This document shows, piece by piece, positions 41,352 to 49,582 of a stretch of 64,000 nt of DNA (its first letter is position 1; every line of letters begins with the position of its first letter). A program made the position numbers and the translations under genes. The DNA is taken from contig CAZBAJ010000001.1 of NCBI GenBank assembly GCA_964490125.1, forward strand, positions 3,573-67,572, in the 5' to 3' direction. This DNA comes from an uncultured Candidatus Saccharibacteria bacterium. GTDB lineage: Bacteria; Patescibacteriota; WWE3; UBA101185; UBA10185. Under the pieces are notes generated by a model. The model saw only the letters and a list, made by a program, of their open reading frames with translations. It did not search any database and had not been told where the DNA came from.

Positions 41352-41828
41352 ATGAGGCACCGTGTTCTGTCAAAAAGGCTAAAGCGGACAAGTGGGGAGT
41401 TAAAATCCTTGATGGTTAATCAGTCTAAGCAACTTTTTGACCGGGGATCTGTTACTACAACGCTGTCTAAAGCAAAGCTGTTGCGACCTTTTGCGGAAAA
41501 GCTGGTAACTTTGGCAAAAGACCAATCGTTTACTAATGTTAAGCGGGTAAAATCGGTGTTGGCGGACGACGGGGCAGTTAGAACGCTGTTTCAAAATGTC
41601 GCACCAAAGTTTTTGCAAAGACCGGGCGGTTATACCAGAATTATTAAATTAGGTAATCGCGGTGGGGATAACGCCCCCTTGGGTCGACTTGAATTTGTGG
41701 AGGATGTTAAGGTAAAAGCCCAAAAACTAGACAAAAAAGAGGCAAAAGCGGGCAAGTCCAAGGACAAAGTTAAGAAAGCGGTTGGTAAAAAATCCGCAGA
41801 AAAAGTAAAAAAAGATGCAAAAAACTAA
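41352..41828 (+). CDS. rplQ: 50S ribosomal protein L17 with Lys-rich C-terminal extension
   Basis: MRHRVLSKRLKRTSGE L17 N-terminus. Confidence 0.9.
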   Translation: MRHRVLSKRLKRTSGELKSLMVNQSKQLFDRGSVTTTLSKAKLLRPFAEKLVTLAKDQSFTNVKRVKSVLADDGAVRTLFQNVAPKFLQRPGGYTRIIKLGNRGGDNAPLGRLEFVEDVKVKAQKLDKKEAKAGKSKDKVKKAVGKKSAEKVKKDAKN

Positions 41829-42243
41829 GTTTGACACAATTAAAGAGCTTAAACCCGTGTGGCATTTAATTGACGCTAAAGATATGGTGTTGGGTAGACT
41901 TGCTAAGCAGGTGGCGGACATATTAAACGGAAAAAACAGCGCACATTATTCCCCCAACCAATATTGTCAAGCCAAAGTTGTAGTTATAAATTCCGACAAA
42001 GTTGCGGTAACGGGTAAAAAGTTAACCGACAAACAGTACATTTGGCATACGGGTTTTCCCAAGGGTTTGCGGTTCCAAAGTCTTAAAGACGCCATGACAA
42101 AAGATTCTACTAAAGTTATCGAACGCGCGGTTAAAGGAATGTTACCTAAAAACCGGTTGCAAAAAAATAAAATGGCGGGGTTGTTTGTGTTTAAGGACGA
42201 AAACCACACTCATCAGGCAAATTTTGGAAAGGCTAGTAAATGA
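41815..42243 (+). CDS. rplM: 50S ribosomal protein L13
   Basis: WHLIDAKDMVLGRLA L13 signature. Confidence 0.9.
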   Translation: MQKTKFDTIKELKPVWHLIDAKDMVLGRLAKQVADILNGKNSAHYSPNQYCQAKVVVINSDKVAVTGKKLTDKQYIWHTGFPKGLRFQSLKDAMTKDSTKVIERAVKGMLPKNRLQKNKMAGLFVFKDENHTHQANFGKASK

Positions 42244-42671
42244 CTGCGGTAAAAACAAATAAAGACCAAAAAGATCAAGAAATTATTATTGCAACAGGTC
42301 GACGCAAGACAGCAGTTGCCTCCGTGTTTTTAAAAGTTGGTAAAGGCAAATTTACCGTAAACGATAAGCCAATTGATGAGTATTTTCCGCTTGAGCAAGA
42401 TAAAAACAGGTGGTTAAAGCCGTTTTTTGTGGCGGGTATTTCTAACCCAGAGCAGTCCTACGGCGCTACTATAAAAGTATTTGGGTCCGGCGGTACTGGT
42501 CAAATTGGGGCGGTAAGTTTGGCTTTAGCAAAAGCGTTGTGCAAACTTATGCCGGAAATGCGGTCACCGTTAAGAAAACAAGATCTATTAACTAGGGATT
42601 CCAGGATGGTAGAAAGAAAAAAGCCCTACTTGCGTAAGGCTCGTAAAGCTCCTCAATATTCCAAGCGTTAA
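42240..42671 (+). CDS. rpsI: 30S ribosomal protein S9
   Basis: GRRKTAVA...GGGxxGQ...PQYSKR C-terminus. Confidence 0.95.
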   Translation: MTAVKTNKDQKDQEIIIATGRRKTAVASVFLKVGKGKFTVNDKPIDEYFPLEQDKNRWLKPFFVAGISNPEQSYGATIKVFGSGGTGQIGAVSLALAKALCKLMPEMRSPLRKQDLLTRDSRMVERKKPYLRKARKAPQYSKR

Positions 42672-42676
42672 TACTT
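42619..42676 (+). repeat. direct repeat copy 1 (3' end of rpsI), partner at 44813..44870
   Basis: 58 nt, 54/58 identical to 44813..44870; all 4 differences are synonymous third-position changes. Confidence 0.85.
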
Positions 42677-42747
42677 AATGGTTGGTCTATCTTTAGAAAA
42701 ACTACTTACAAGCTAATATTATAGCATTAAAAATCAAAATTCTAGAC

Positions 42748-42783
42748 TTGTTTTTAGTTTAAAGCCTTTTATACTTTAATTCA
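42748..42783 (+). promoter_or_regulatory. promoter TTGTTT-16-TATACT for HelD-like gene, leaderless geometry
   Basis: -35 42748-53, -10 42770-75, ATG 42783; AT-rich junction DNA. Confidence 0.45.
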
Positions 42784-44795
42784 TGACCTACAAGGAAATA
42801 TATTCCTTTGAAAATAAGGTGCTTAAAGGTTTTATAGGTAGCATAGAAGAATTTATTAAAAATGAGGCTTTTGAGTTAGATAACATCTTAAAACAATATG
42901 AGAAGGAGTTTAGAAAGGTGAATGAAGGCTGGAATAATGAGGATAGAGCAGAAGCCATCTATTTAGCGAACGAACTGTTAAGACGAAACCTGTTTCAAGC
43001 TCGAACTTCTTATCTAGGTGCATTACGCACTACTGAAAATTCGCCATATTTTGCTCACATAGATATACTACACCAACCATCAGGAATGTTGGAGACCTTT
43101 TATTTAGGTAAGGTCGCTTATACTTCAAAAGATAAGGAAATAGCTATTACTGATTGGCGAAGCCCCGTAGCCTCACTGTATTACACTTACGCTTTTCCTA
43201 CCAAAAATGCAGAATACTCCGTTGTTGTAGATAAAGACCCCGTAGAGATAGAAAAATATGTCTGCGAGCTTGTGCTTAGAAGAGCAATAGACATTGAAAA
43301 CAAAAGGCTTGTTAATGTTTTTGATAGTGGGAATAAATTTATGCTTTCTAAAATTGAACAAAAAGCAGGCGGTTTGCTCGAGGATATTATTGAAACCATC
43401 CAGCTAGATCAAGATCTGATTATTCGCCTACCTTTATATAATAATATTATTGTCCAAGGTGTTGCAGGAAGCGGTAAAACAACCCTAGCTTTACACAGAG
43501 TTTCGTATCTTTTTTATAACTATGCCCGTTTACTTAAACCACAAAACACCTTGTTTCTGTCATCCTCAAAAACGCTTATAAACTATTTAGCCAAAAGCCT
43601 TCCTGGAATGGGTATAACTGATATTAATTGTTATTCCTTACGAGACTTTTTACTTAAAACTTTAGTAGAAAACGGTATTAAAGTTAAACCTCGTGCTCAA
43701 ATTCAGCCTATCGGAGACTTGGCTGAGTTTACAGATAAGTTTGATAACTTTTTGGATGCTACTGAGGTTAGATTGTTAGAAGATTTGGATTCAAGCTTAT
43801 TTGATAGATTTGCACTTAAAACTTACAACCTGAAACGCGCAAGGTCCCGCCTGACTTCAAAATCTTATATGGAAAAACTTGATACACTATCCAATGATTT
43901 AGCCGAGATGAATAAAGAGTTAAGATTGTATGATGACCCTGCAACGCAGTACGATGAGGCACGCATTCACGGTGTTAAAAAAACCATTAAGGTACTTAAA
44001 AACCAGCTCGATCCTGCTAAATTGTACAGCAATTTTTGTCTTTACGATTTGAGTTTAAATCACTTGTCTGCCTTATATCTATTGGCGGATAGATTAGGCG
44101 CCATTTCTTATAAGGATTACGATTTGGTCTTTGTGGATGAAGCTCAAGATTTTAATCCTCTACATTTAAGATGTATAAAAACACTCTCATCTAGGAATGT
44201 CTTTAATTTTTTTGGCGACTTAAATCAGGCAATTTACAGTAAAGATCACATTAAATCGTGGGACTGCATTTCTGATATGTATGGTATCAATAAATTGCAA
44301 CAATTTAGTCTTACCAGAAGCTACCGTTCAACTAAGAGCATAGTTTCTAAAGCCACGGATATATTAAGAGCAAAAGGAATTACTGATAATCTTCCTGAAC
44401 CCGTTTCTCGTACCGGAGAACCGACAATTGAACAAAGATTTGATCGTTTAGATAGCATGATGGCGACTCTTGTCGATGCTGTAAAACAGGTAAGAAAACA
44501 CAGAGCTAAGTCTATTGGCATCATCTGCTCGTCACAAAGTCAGGCTGATATTGTCAGCAGGCATTTTAGAGCTAAGGGGATGCAGTATTTTAGTATCACC
44601 GAAGGTTTCGACGATTACTCCAAATACGGCATTTTTATCGTAGCACCAAGCCTGGTTAAAGGGTTAGAATTTGACACCGTTTTTATTTTAGATGCCGGGG
44701 GCGGTGAGTTTGCTGATGTTGACGAGGGTCATTTTCGTAAATTTGTGGCAATGACGCGTGCAATGAGTAGCTTATACATATATAGCCTAAATTAA
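42783..44795 (+). CDS. UvrD-like SF1 helicase, HelD / helicase IV-like
   Basis: N-terminal domain with YFAHIDI and ITDWRSPVASLYY (HelD-type DWRAPIA.LYY motif); Walker A GVAGSGKTTLALHR; VFVDEAQDF; C-terminal RSYRST, VKGLEFD, MTRA motifs. Confidence 0.8.
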   Translation: MTYKEIYSFENKVLKGFIGSIEEFIKNEAFELDNILKQYEKEFRKVNEGWNNEDRAEAIYLANELLRRNLFQARTSYLGALRTTENSPYFAHIDILHQPSGMLETFYLGKVAYTSKDKEIAITDWRSPVASLYYTYAFPTKNAEYSVVVDKDPVEIEKYVCELVLRRAIDIENKRLVNVFDSGNKFMLSKIEQKAGGLLEDIIETIQLDQDLIIRLPLYNNIIVQGVAGSGKTTLALHRVSYLFYNYARLLKPQNTLFLSSSKTLINYLAKSLPGMGITDINCYSLRDFLLKTLVENGIKVKPRAQIQPIGDLAEFTDKFDNFLDATEVRLLEDLDSSLFDRFALKTYNLKRARSRLTSKSYMEKLDTLSNDLAEMNKELRLYDDPATQYDEARIHGVKKTIKVLKNQLDPAKLYSNFCLYDLSLNHLSALYLLADRLGAISYKDYDLVFVDEAQDFNPLHLRCIKTLSSRNVFNFFGDLNQAIYSKDHIKSWDCISDMYGINKLQQFSLTRSYRSTKSIVSKATDILRAKGITDNLPEPVSRTGEPTIEQRFDRLDSMMATLVDAVKQVRKHRAKSIGIICSSQSQADIVSRHFRAKGMQYFSITEGFDDYSKYGIFIVAPSLVKGLEFDTVFILDAGGGEFADVDEGHFRKFVAMTRAMSSLYIYSLN

Positions 44796-44812
44796 CTAAA
44801 CGCTTCTAATAC

Positions 44813-44870
44813 AAAAGCCCTACTTGCGTAAGGCTCGTAAAGCGCCCCAATACTCCAAGCGTTAACACTT
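44813..44870 (+). repeat. direct repeat copy 2 (degenerate duplicate of rpsI 3' end encoding KPYLRKARKAPQYSKR*)
   Basis: see copy 1; lies 18 nt after helicase stop. Confidence 0.85.
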
Positions 44871-44878
44871 ACCCAGAT

Positions 44879-45172
44879 TTAAATTAGCTTTTGCGACGAT
44901 AACATTCGCGTAAGCTCTTGTCTTAATTGGGAGAAACATTTTTCCAGCTCAATAACCCTTTGGTTGAGCAATATTCTATTGTCATTAGACATTTCCGTGA
45001 AACTGACATTAAACTCATTAGCAATCTGTGCTAAGACCCTAACTGTGGGAATAGCTCGACCTGTTTCGTACGCGGAAACGCTTTTTCCGGAGATGCCTAC
45101 TTTTTGTCCAAAGCGCTCCTGCGATAAATTTAGACTACACCTTAAATACTTAAGTTGATCACAAACATGCAT
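44879..45172 (-). CDS. XRE-family helix-turn-helix transcriptional regulator
   Basis: LSQERFGQKVGISGKSVSAYETGRAIPTVRVLAQIANEFNVS Cro/C1-type HTH. Confidence 0.75.
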   Translation of the reverse strand: MHVCDQLKYLRCSLNLSQERFGQKVGISGKSVSAYETGRAIPTVRVLAQIANEFNVSFTEMSNDNRILLNQRVIELEKCFSQLRQELTRMLSSQKLI

Positions 45173-45292
45173 ATTAACCTTTCCGGACAGGAAATTCTAT
45201 TGAAACTAGATGTCAAGATGTTGTCACATCTCTTAGGATTAATTATATTGCATACACACTTGTTATTTCAATATGAAAGGAGGTGAAAAAAT

Positions 45293-45877
45293 ATGACAAC
45301 CAGAAAATATGCAATAGGTCTTATGTCGTTAGCAATAGTGGCGGTTGGACTTATGGGTGTGGCGTATGCAGCTTTTACTGACCAGTCTAAGTTTACAGGT
45401 TCTAGGTTTAGCATAGCTAGTGCGGATATAAAGCTTCTCAACGACTTAGCAGGTGGTACAGGTGTGTCAAATCTTGTGGATACAAAACCGGTGCCTTCTT
45501 ACGATAATATTTCTCCGGGTTGGGTTTCTGACTATCTTGTTAAGTTGTACAACAATGGGACGCAGGCGGTAACTCTTACATCTAGCATGGATTATCTTAC
45601 GACAAATGATCCGTCAACCATTAGAGAGGTTTTGTATATGGAGCCGTATGACTGGAATGATGCAGATAACGACGGAGTGTTGGATGACGGGGAACAGGGT
45701 GTTTCTTGGGGCAGAAAGGCGTTTACGGCGTGGAAGACTACCGGGTTTAACTTTGGGCAACTAGACGCGGGAGTTGTTAAGCCGTTGATTATGAGATTTT
45801 CCGTGGGGAATGTTACTAACGCTAAGATGGGCGCGGTTGGAATCTTTGATTTTATGTTTGATTCGGTTGGCATTTAG
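45293..45877 (+). CDS. secreted TasA/camelysin-like protein with SipW-cognate-class signal peptide
   Basis: signal peptide then AYAAFTDQSKFTGSRFSIASADIKL resembling the AAF[ND]D...F..G motif of TasA/CalY; strong SD AAAGGAGGTGA; followed by sipW-like gene. Confidence 0.6.
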   Translation: MTTRKYAIGLMSLAIVAVGLMGVAYAAFTDQSKFTGSRFSIASADIKLLNDLAGGTGVSNLVDTKPVPSYDNISPGWVSDYLVKLYNNGTQAVTLTSSMDYLTTNDPSTIREVLYMEPYDWNDADNDGVLDDGEQGVSWGRKAFTAWKTTGFNFGQLDAGVVKPLIMRFSVGNVTNAKMGAVGIFDFMFDSVGI

Positions 45878-45908
45878 TTTGGTAGTTGGAGGTTACGCAA
45901 GGCGAATA

Positions 45909-45936
45909 GTTGTTTCCGGAACAACCTCTGCAGAGG
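45909..45936 (+). promoter_or_regulatory. two adjacent GC-rich hairpins between TasA-like gene and sipW-like gene (possible attenuator/processing site)
   Basis: GTTGTTTCCGGAACAAC imperfect palindrome and CCTCTGCAGAGG perfect 12-nt palindrome; no T-run. Confidence 0.3.
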
Positions 45937-46002
45937 CAAAGTCGTCAATTTGCTTACGCAGACCTGCCCGCTTTGTTTTAAGCCCTGAAGCAATCTACAA
46001 AT

Positions 46003-46554
46003 ATGTCTAAATTGTTTTTAAAAACTTTTGTTGGATTAGTCGTATTGGGTGGATTGGTTTATTACAGCGTGCAAAATAATGTCCGACTATTTTTTGTTGT
46101 TACGGGTTCCATGGAACCTGTGATTCCTACAAAGTCGATTATTTTATCTAGAAAAATTTCTGGAGACACCGTAAAAGCAGGTGCGGTTATTGTTTTTAAC
46201 GATCAAGCTACTAAACATGTTACGGCGCACAGAGTTAAGGAGGTTATAGCGGAAGGTTTTGTAACCAAAGGCGATGCCAACGAGTATCAGGATCGTAGTT
46301 TAGTCCAGCCAGCTGAATTGTTGGGGCGGGTATTTTTTGTCGTCCCTATTGTTGACGCTGTAAGCGTTTTCACCCAAGTCGGACTATTAATACTGATCTT
46401 TATGCTAGGTGTTTTAGTACGGAGATTTTTGGTATGCTTAAAGCATGGTTTTTCCTGTCCGACCGCAACACTTAACGCGCTTTTTAGACTTAGTGTTTTT
46501 AGGCGCCCCAAGGCGACTTTTTGTAATAGGTCGACGGGTTTTGGCGCTTACTAA
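46003..46554 (+). CDS. signal peptidase I, archaeal/ER type (SipW-like)
   Basis: VVTGSMEP (Ser), AHRV (His), KGDAN boxes of SipW-type peptidases; N- and C-terminal TM helices. Confidence 0.8.
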   Translation: MSKLFLKTFVGLVVLGGLVYYSVQNNVRLFFVVTGSMEPVIPTKSIILSRKISGDTVKAGAVIVFNDQATKHVTAHRVKEVIAEGFVTKGDANEYQDRSLVQPAELLGRVFFVVPIVDAVSVFTQVGLLILIFMLGVLVRRFLVCLKHGFSCPTATLNALFRLSVFRRPKATFCNRSTGFGAY

Positions 46555-49000
46555 TTATGAGACTTCGTTTAGCCTGCATCTGCGGTTGATTTTAACGCCG
46601 TTGTACGGGGATTATACCAAAGCCGGTAGAGTCATTGGTTTGGTTTTTAGGTTGCTGGCAATTTTTTACGGCCTCTTTGTTTTATTGTTTTTGGGTTTGG
46701 TAGTTTTGGTGTCGCCGTTGCTTTGGTATTTTGCTTTGTTTGGCGTATTTTATGTATTTAGATTGTGGGCGGTACTGGGTTTTATAGCGTTTTTTGCCTT
46801 GTGGTGGAAGTATACGCAAAATAAACCGACAAAGTTGGGAGAATATCGTCCGTGGGTAGCTGATGTCGTCCAAAATATTAAAATTAGGGGGAATTTAGAG
46901 GTTAGGGATTTTATTACTTCCCCGGTGCTTGCGGACTTTTTTAGTCGGTTGGAACTTACCAAAACCGATTTTGCTAACGAGCTTACCAAACTTTACTCCT
47001 ATGAGGAGTGCGTTAGACAAATATCTACTTGGGAAATTAAAGCCAAAGACTACTTACCAAAATTTGAGTCACTTTTTATAGAACCGGAGCAGGTGTTTTT
47101 GGCAGTTTTGTCGACCTTACCTAATTTAGAAAGATTTATGGCTAAGTACAATTTAATACTTAGCGACTTTGAAGGTTGCGCCAAGTGGTTAATAGAGCGG
47201 CGCGACGATAAGGAACGGGCGCATGTTTGGCAGGACTATTACAAACTGCCGGTAATGGGCGGAATTGGTAAGGGATTAACGGGCAGAGTAACGCCGGATC
47301 TGGACTCGGTGTCCACGGATTTTACCCAGTTAGTCAAAAAGGGTTTGGTAGAAAAAACCTATTGGCGTAAAGAGGAAATCAAGCGCGTAGCGGATCTTTT
47401 GGGTGGGTCTAACAGGAATGTGTTGATTGTAGGCGCACCCGGTGCCGGCAAAACCGGCATTGTTAAAGGCATTGCTTGGAGCGTAATTAGAGGAACGCAG
47501 TTTGACCAGTTAAAGTTTAAACGGATTGTAAGTTTAGAGGTCGGCAAGGTTCTGGCGGGAACAAAAAGCGCCGGAGATGTGGCGGACAAGCTTAAAAAAG
47601 CGGTGGAGGACGCTTTGGGCGCGGGTGATGTTATAATTTTTGTGGACGACATTCACACGCTTATTGCCGGTTCCGCGGTTGAGGATACCAAAACCAGCTC
47701 TGCCTACACTGTTCTTACTAATTATCTGGCGGATGGTCGGTTGCAATTTATTGGCGCCACCAACATAGAAAATTATCGTAAATATATAGAACCAAACGGT
47801 TCGTTTGCTCAGCTGTTTCAAATTGTCGAGGTCCCCCCGTCGTCCAAAGAAGAAACCTTAGAAATAATAAAAGTTAAAGCGGAAATTTTGGAGCAACAGT
47901 TTAAAGTCAAAACTTCCTTTACTGCGCTTACCAAAATTGTGGAGCTGGGTGACAAGCTAATTCACGAGCGGGTTTTTCCGGACAAAGCGGTGGAGATTTT
48001 AAATAGGTGCGTTTCGCAGGTTGCAAAAAGTACGCACTTTGTAACCGTCGATTTGGTTTTGCAAACGCTTTCAGAGATTACGCATATTCCGGTGTCGGCG
48101 GTTACTAACGATGAGTCGCAAAAACTGCTAAATATAGAAATGGAGATGAAAAAGCGGGTTATCGGCCAGGACGACGCCATAAACATGATAGGTTCGGCGC
48201 TTAAACGGGCGCGGGCGGGTATTAGAAACGATAAAAAACCCATGGCAAGCTTTTTGTTTGTGGGAACAACGGGCGTGGGAAAAACGGAAACGGCAAAAAC
48301 CTTGGCGCGGGTGTATTTTGGTGACGAAAAGCTAATGATTCGGCTTGATATGAGTGAGTATCAGCAGGTTGACAGTATTGACAGGCTAATTGGCGCGCCC
48401 AACGGTTCCACTAAAGGTGTGTTGACGGAGGCGGTTAGAAGTCGCCCATTTGCCCTAATTCTGTTGGACGAAATTGAAAAGGCGCACCAAAACATACTGT
48501 TGGCTTTTTTGCAGGTGTTGGACGACGGCAGACTAACGGATTCTTCTGGCACAACGGTTGATTTTACCAATACCATTATAATAGCAACCAGCAATGTGGG
48601 GACCCGGTCAATTCAGGAGGTTTTTGGCAGAAACGGCACTTTTGAGGAAATGAAGGAAGTTGCTACAAAGGATGTCCGGGAGAAATTTGCCCCGGAGTTT
48701 TTAAATAGGTTTAACGGGATTATCGTATACAAGCCGCTTTCTATGGAATCGGTTCAAAAAATTGCGGACATCATGCTTGGTAGTGTAAGAAAAATGGCGG
48801 AGGAAAAAGGCATTAAAGTTAGTTTTAAACCGGAGCTTATGGGGGAACTTTTAAAGCGCGGTTATAGCCCGGAGTGGGGCGCCCGGCCCATGGCGCGGGT
48901 AATAGAAGAAAGCGTTATGAACTATCTGGCCATTAAAATTTTGGCAAAGGAGATTGTGGCAGGCGATTCGGTGGAGTCAGGGACGGAGGTTTTTAGCTAG
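46541..49000 (+). CDS. membrane-anchored Clp/Hsp100-like ATPase with two AAA+ modules
   Basis: N-terminal multi-TM region replaces Clp N-domain; NBD1 LIVGAPGAGKTGIVKGIA..IFVDDIH; NBD2 LFVGTTGVGKTETAKTLA..LLDEIEKAH; sensor EFLNRFNGIIVYKPLS. Start uncertain: no in-frame ATG after sipW stop, so TTG 46541 or 46586 is assumed; ORF-track ATG at 46445 overlaps sipW by 110 nt. Confidence 0.75.
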   Translation: MALTNYETSFSLHLRLILTPLYGDYTKAGRVIGLVFRLLAIFYGLFVLLFLGLVVLVSPLLWYFALFGVFYVFRLWAVLGFIAFFALWWKYTQNKPTKLGEYRPWVADVVQNIKIRGNLEVRDFITSPVLADFFSRLELTKTDFANELTKLYSYEECVRQISTWEIKAKDYLPKFESLFIEPEQVFLAVLSTLPNLERFMAKYNLILSDFEGCAKWLIERRDDKERAHVWQDYYKLPVMGGIGKGLTGRVTPDLDSVSTDFTQLVKKGLVEKTYWRKEEIKRVADLLGGSNRNVLIVGAPGAGKTGIVKGIAWSVIRGTQFDQLKFKRIVSLEVGKVLAGTKSAGDVADKLKKAVEDALGAGDVIIFVDDIHTLIAGSAVEDTKTSSAYTVLTNYLADGRLQFIGATNIENYRKYIEPNGSFAQLFQIVEVPPSSKEETLEIIKVKAEILEQQFKVKTSFTALTKIVELGDKLIHERVFPDKAVEILNRCVSQVAKSTHFVTVDLVLQTLSEITHIPVSAVTNDESQKLLNIEMEMKKRVIGQDDAINMIGSALKRARAGIRNDKKPMASFLFVGTTGVGKTETAKTLARVYFGDEKLMIRLDMSEYQQVDSIDRLIGAPNGSTKGVLTEAVRSRPFALILLDEIEKAHQNILLAFLQVLDDGRLTDSSGTTVDFTNTIIIATSNVGTRSIQEVFGRNGTFEEMKEVATKDVREKFAPEFLNRFNGIIVYKPLSMESVQKIADIMLGSVRKMAEEKGIKVSFKPELMGELLKRGYSPEWGARPMARVIEESVMNYLAIKILAKEIVAGDSVESGTEVFS

Positions 49001-49022
49001 TGTTTATTATATAATTACGACT

Positions 49023-49580
49023 ATGGGGGACGAAGCCATGAATACAAAAAACTATATTGAGGAACTTAGAGCAGAAATCGACCAAATCCCCAACGAATCC
49101 ATGCGACTTTGTATGCGGGATTATTTACAAGCGCGGGAGCAAACCAGAGATATTCTAGCATTGGTTCCGGAGGATTTGTTGGACTATAAAGTTGCGCCAG
49201 GTGAAGAAGTCCAATCCCTTAGGGAAAATTTTGCAGAACTTGCACGCGTGGAAGCTAGTTTAATTAGAGGTTTACAAAGTGGACGAAGGGTACACAGTGG
49301 CGGTCACAATGTCCTGCCCGAACTACCCAAGAAAGAAGAGATTTTAAACGCTTATGAAAAATTGGATCGTGAAATGTTTACTTTGCTAAAAAATCCAGCC
49401 TTTGATCCCAAAGATACCTTTATTTATGCTGGAGAAAATGGAACCGAGCAAACTCTTAGGAAAGGCGGATCAGTTTGGTATTTCTTTTATCACGAAATGA
49501 AGGAATTGGGGTCAATAAGGGCAAAGCTGGATGGTGTTGGAATAGAACCGCCAGAATCCTACAAAAAGGCTTGGGGTTAA
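49023..49580 (+). CDS. hypothetical protein (possibly DinB/helical-bundle-like)
   Basis: ORF directly after Clp-like gene; ATG 49023; no confident family assignment. Confidence 0.45.
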   Translation: MGDEAMNTKNYIEELRAEIDQIPNESMRLCMRDYLQAREQTRDILALVPEDLLDYKVAPGEEVQSLRENFAELARVEASLIRGLQSGRRVHSGGHNVLPELPKKEEILNAYEKLDREMFTLLKNPAFDPKDTFIYAGENGTEQTLRKGGSVWYFFYHEMKELGSIRAKLDGVGIEPPESYKKAWG

Positions 49581-49582
49581 TA

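Noticed and set aside
45810-46010. 66-aa plus ORF bridging the TasA-like and sipW-like genes
   Set aside because: Covers the hairpin-rich intergenic region in an alternate frame; no start context.
46445-46540. ATG at 46445 as the start of the Clp-like ATPase
   Set aside because: Would overlap the sipW-like gene by 110 nt, and the encoded N-terminal 32 aa are not hydrophobic or conserved-looking. A TTG downstream is preferred but unproven.
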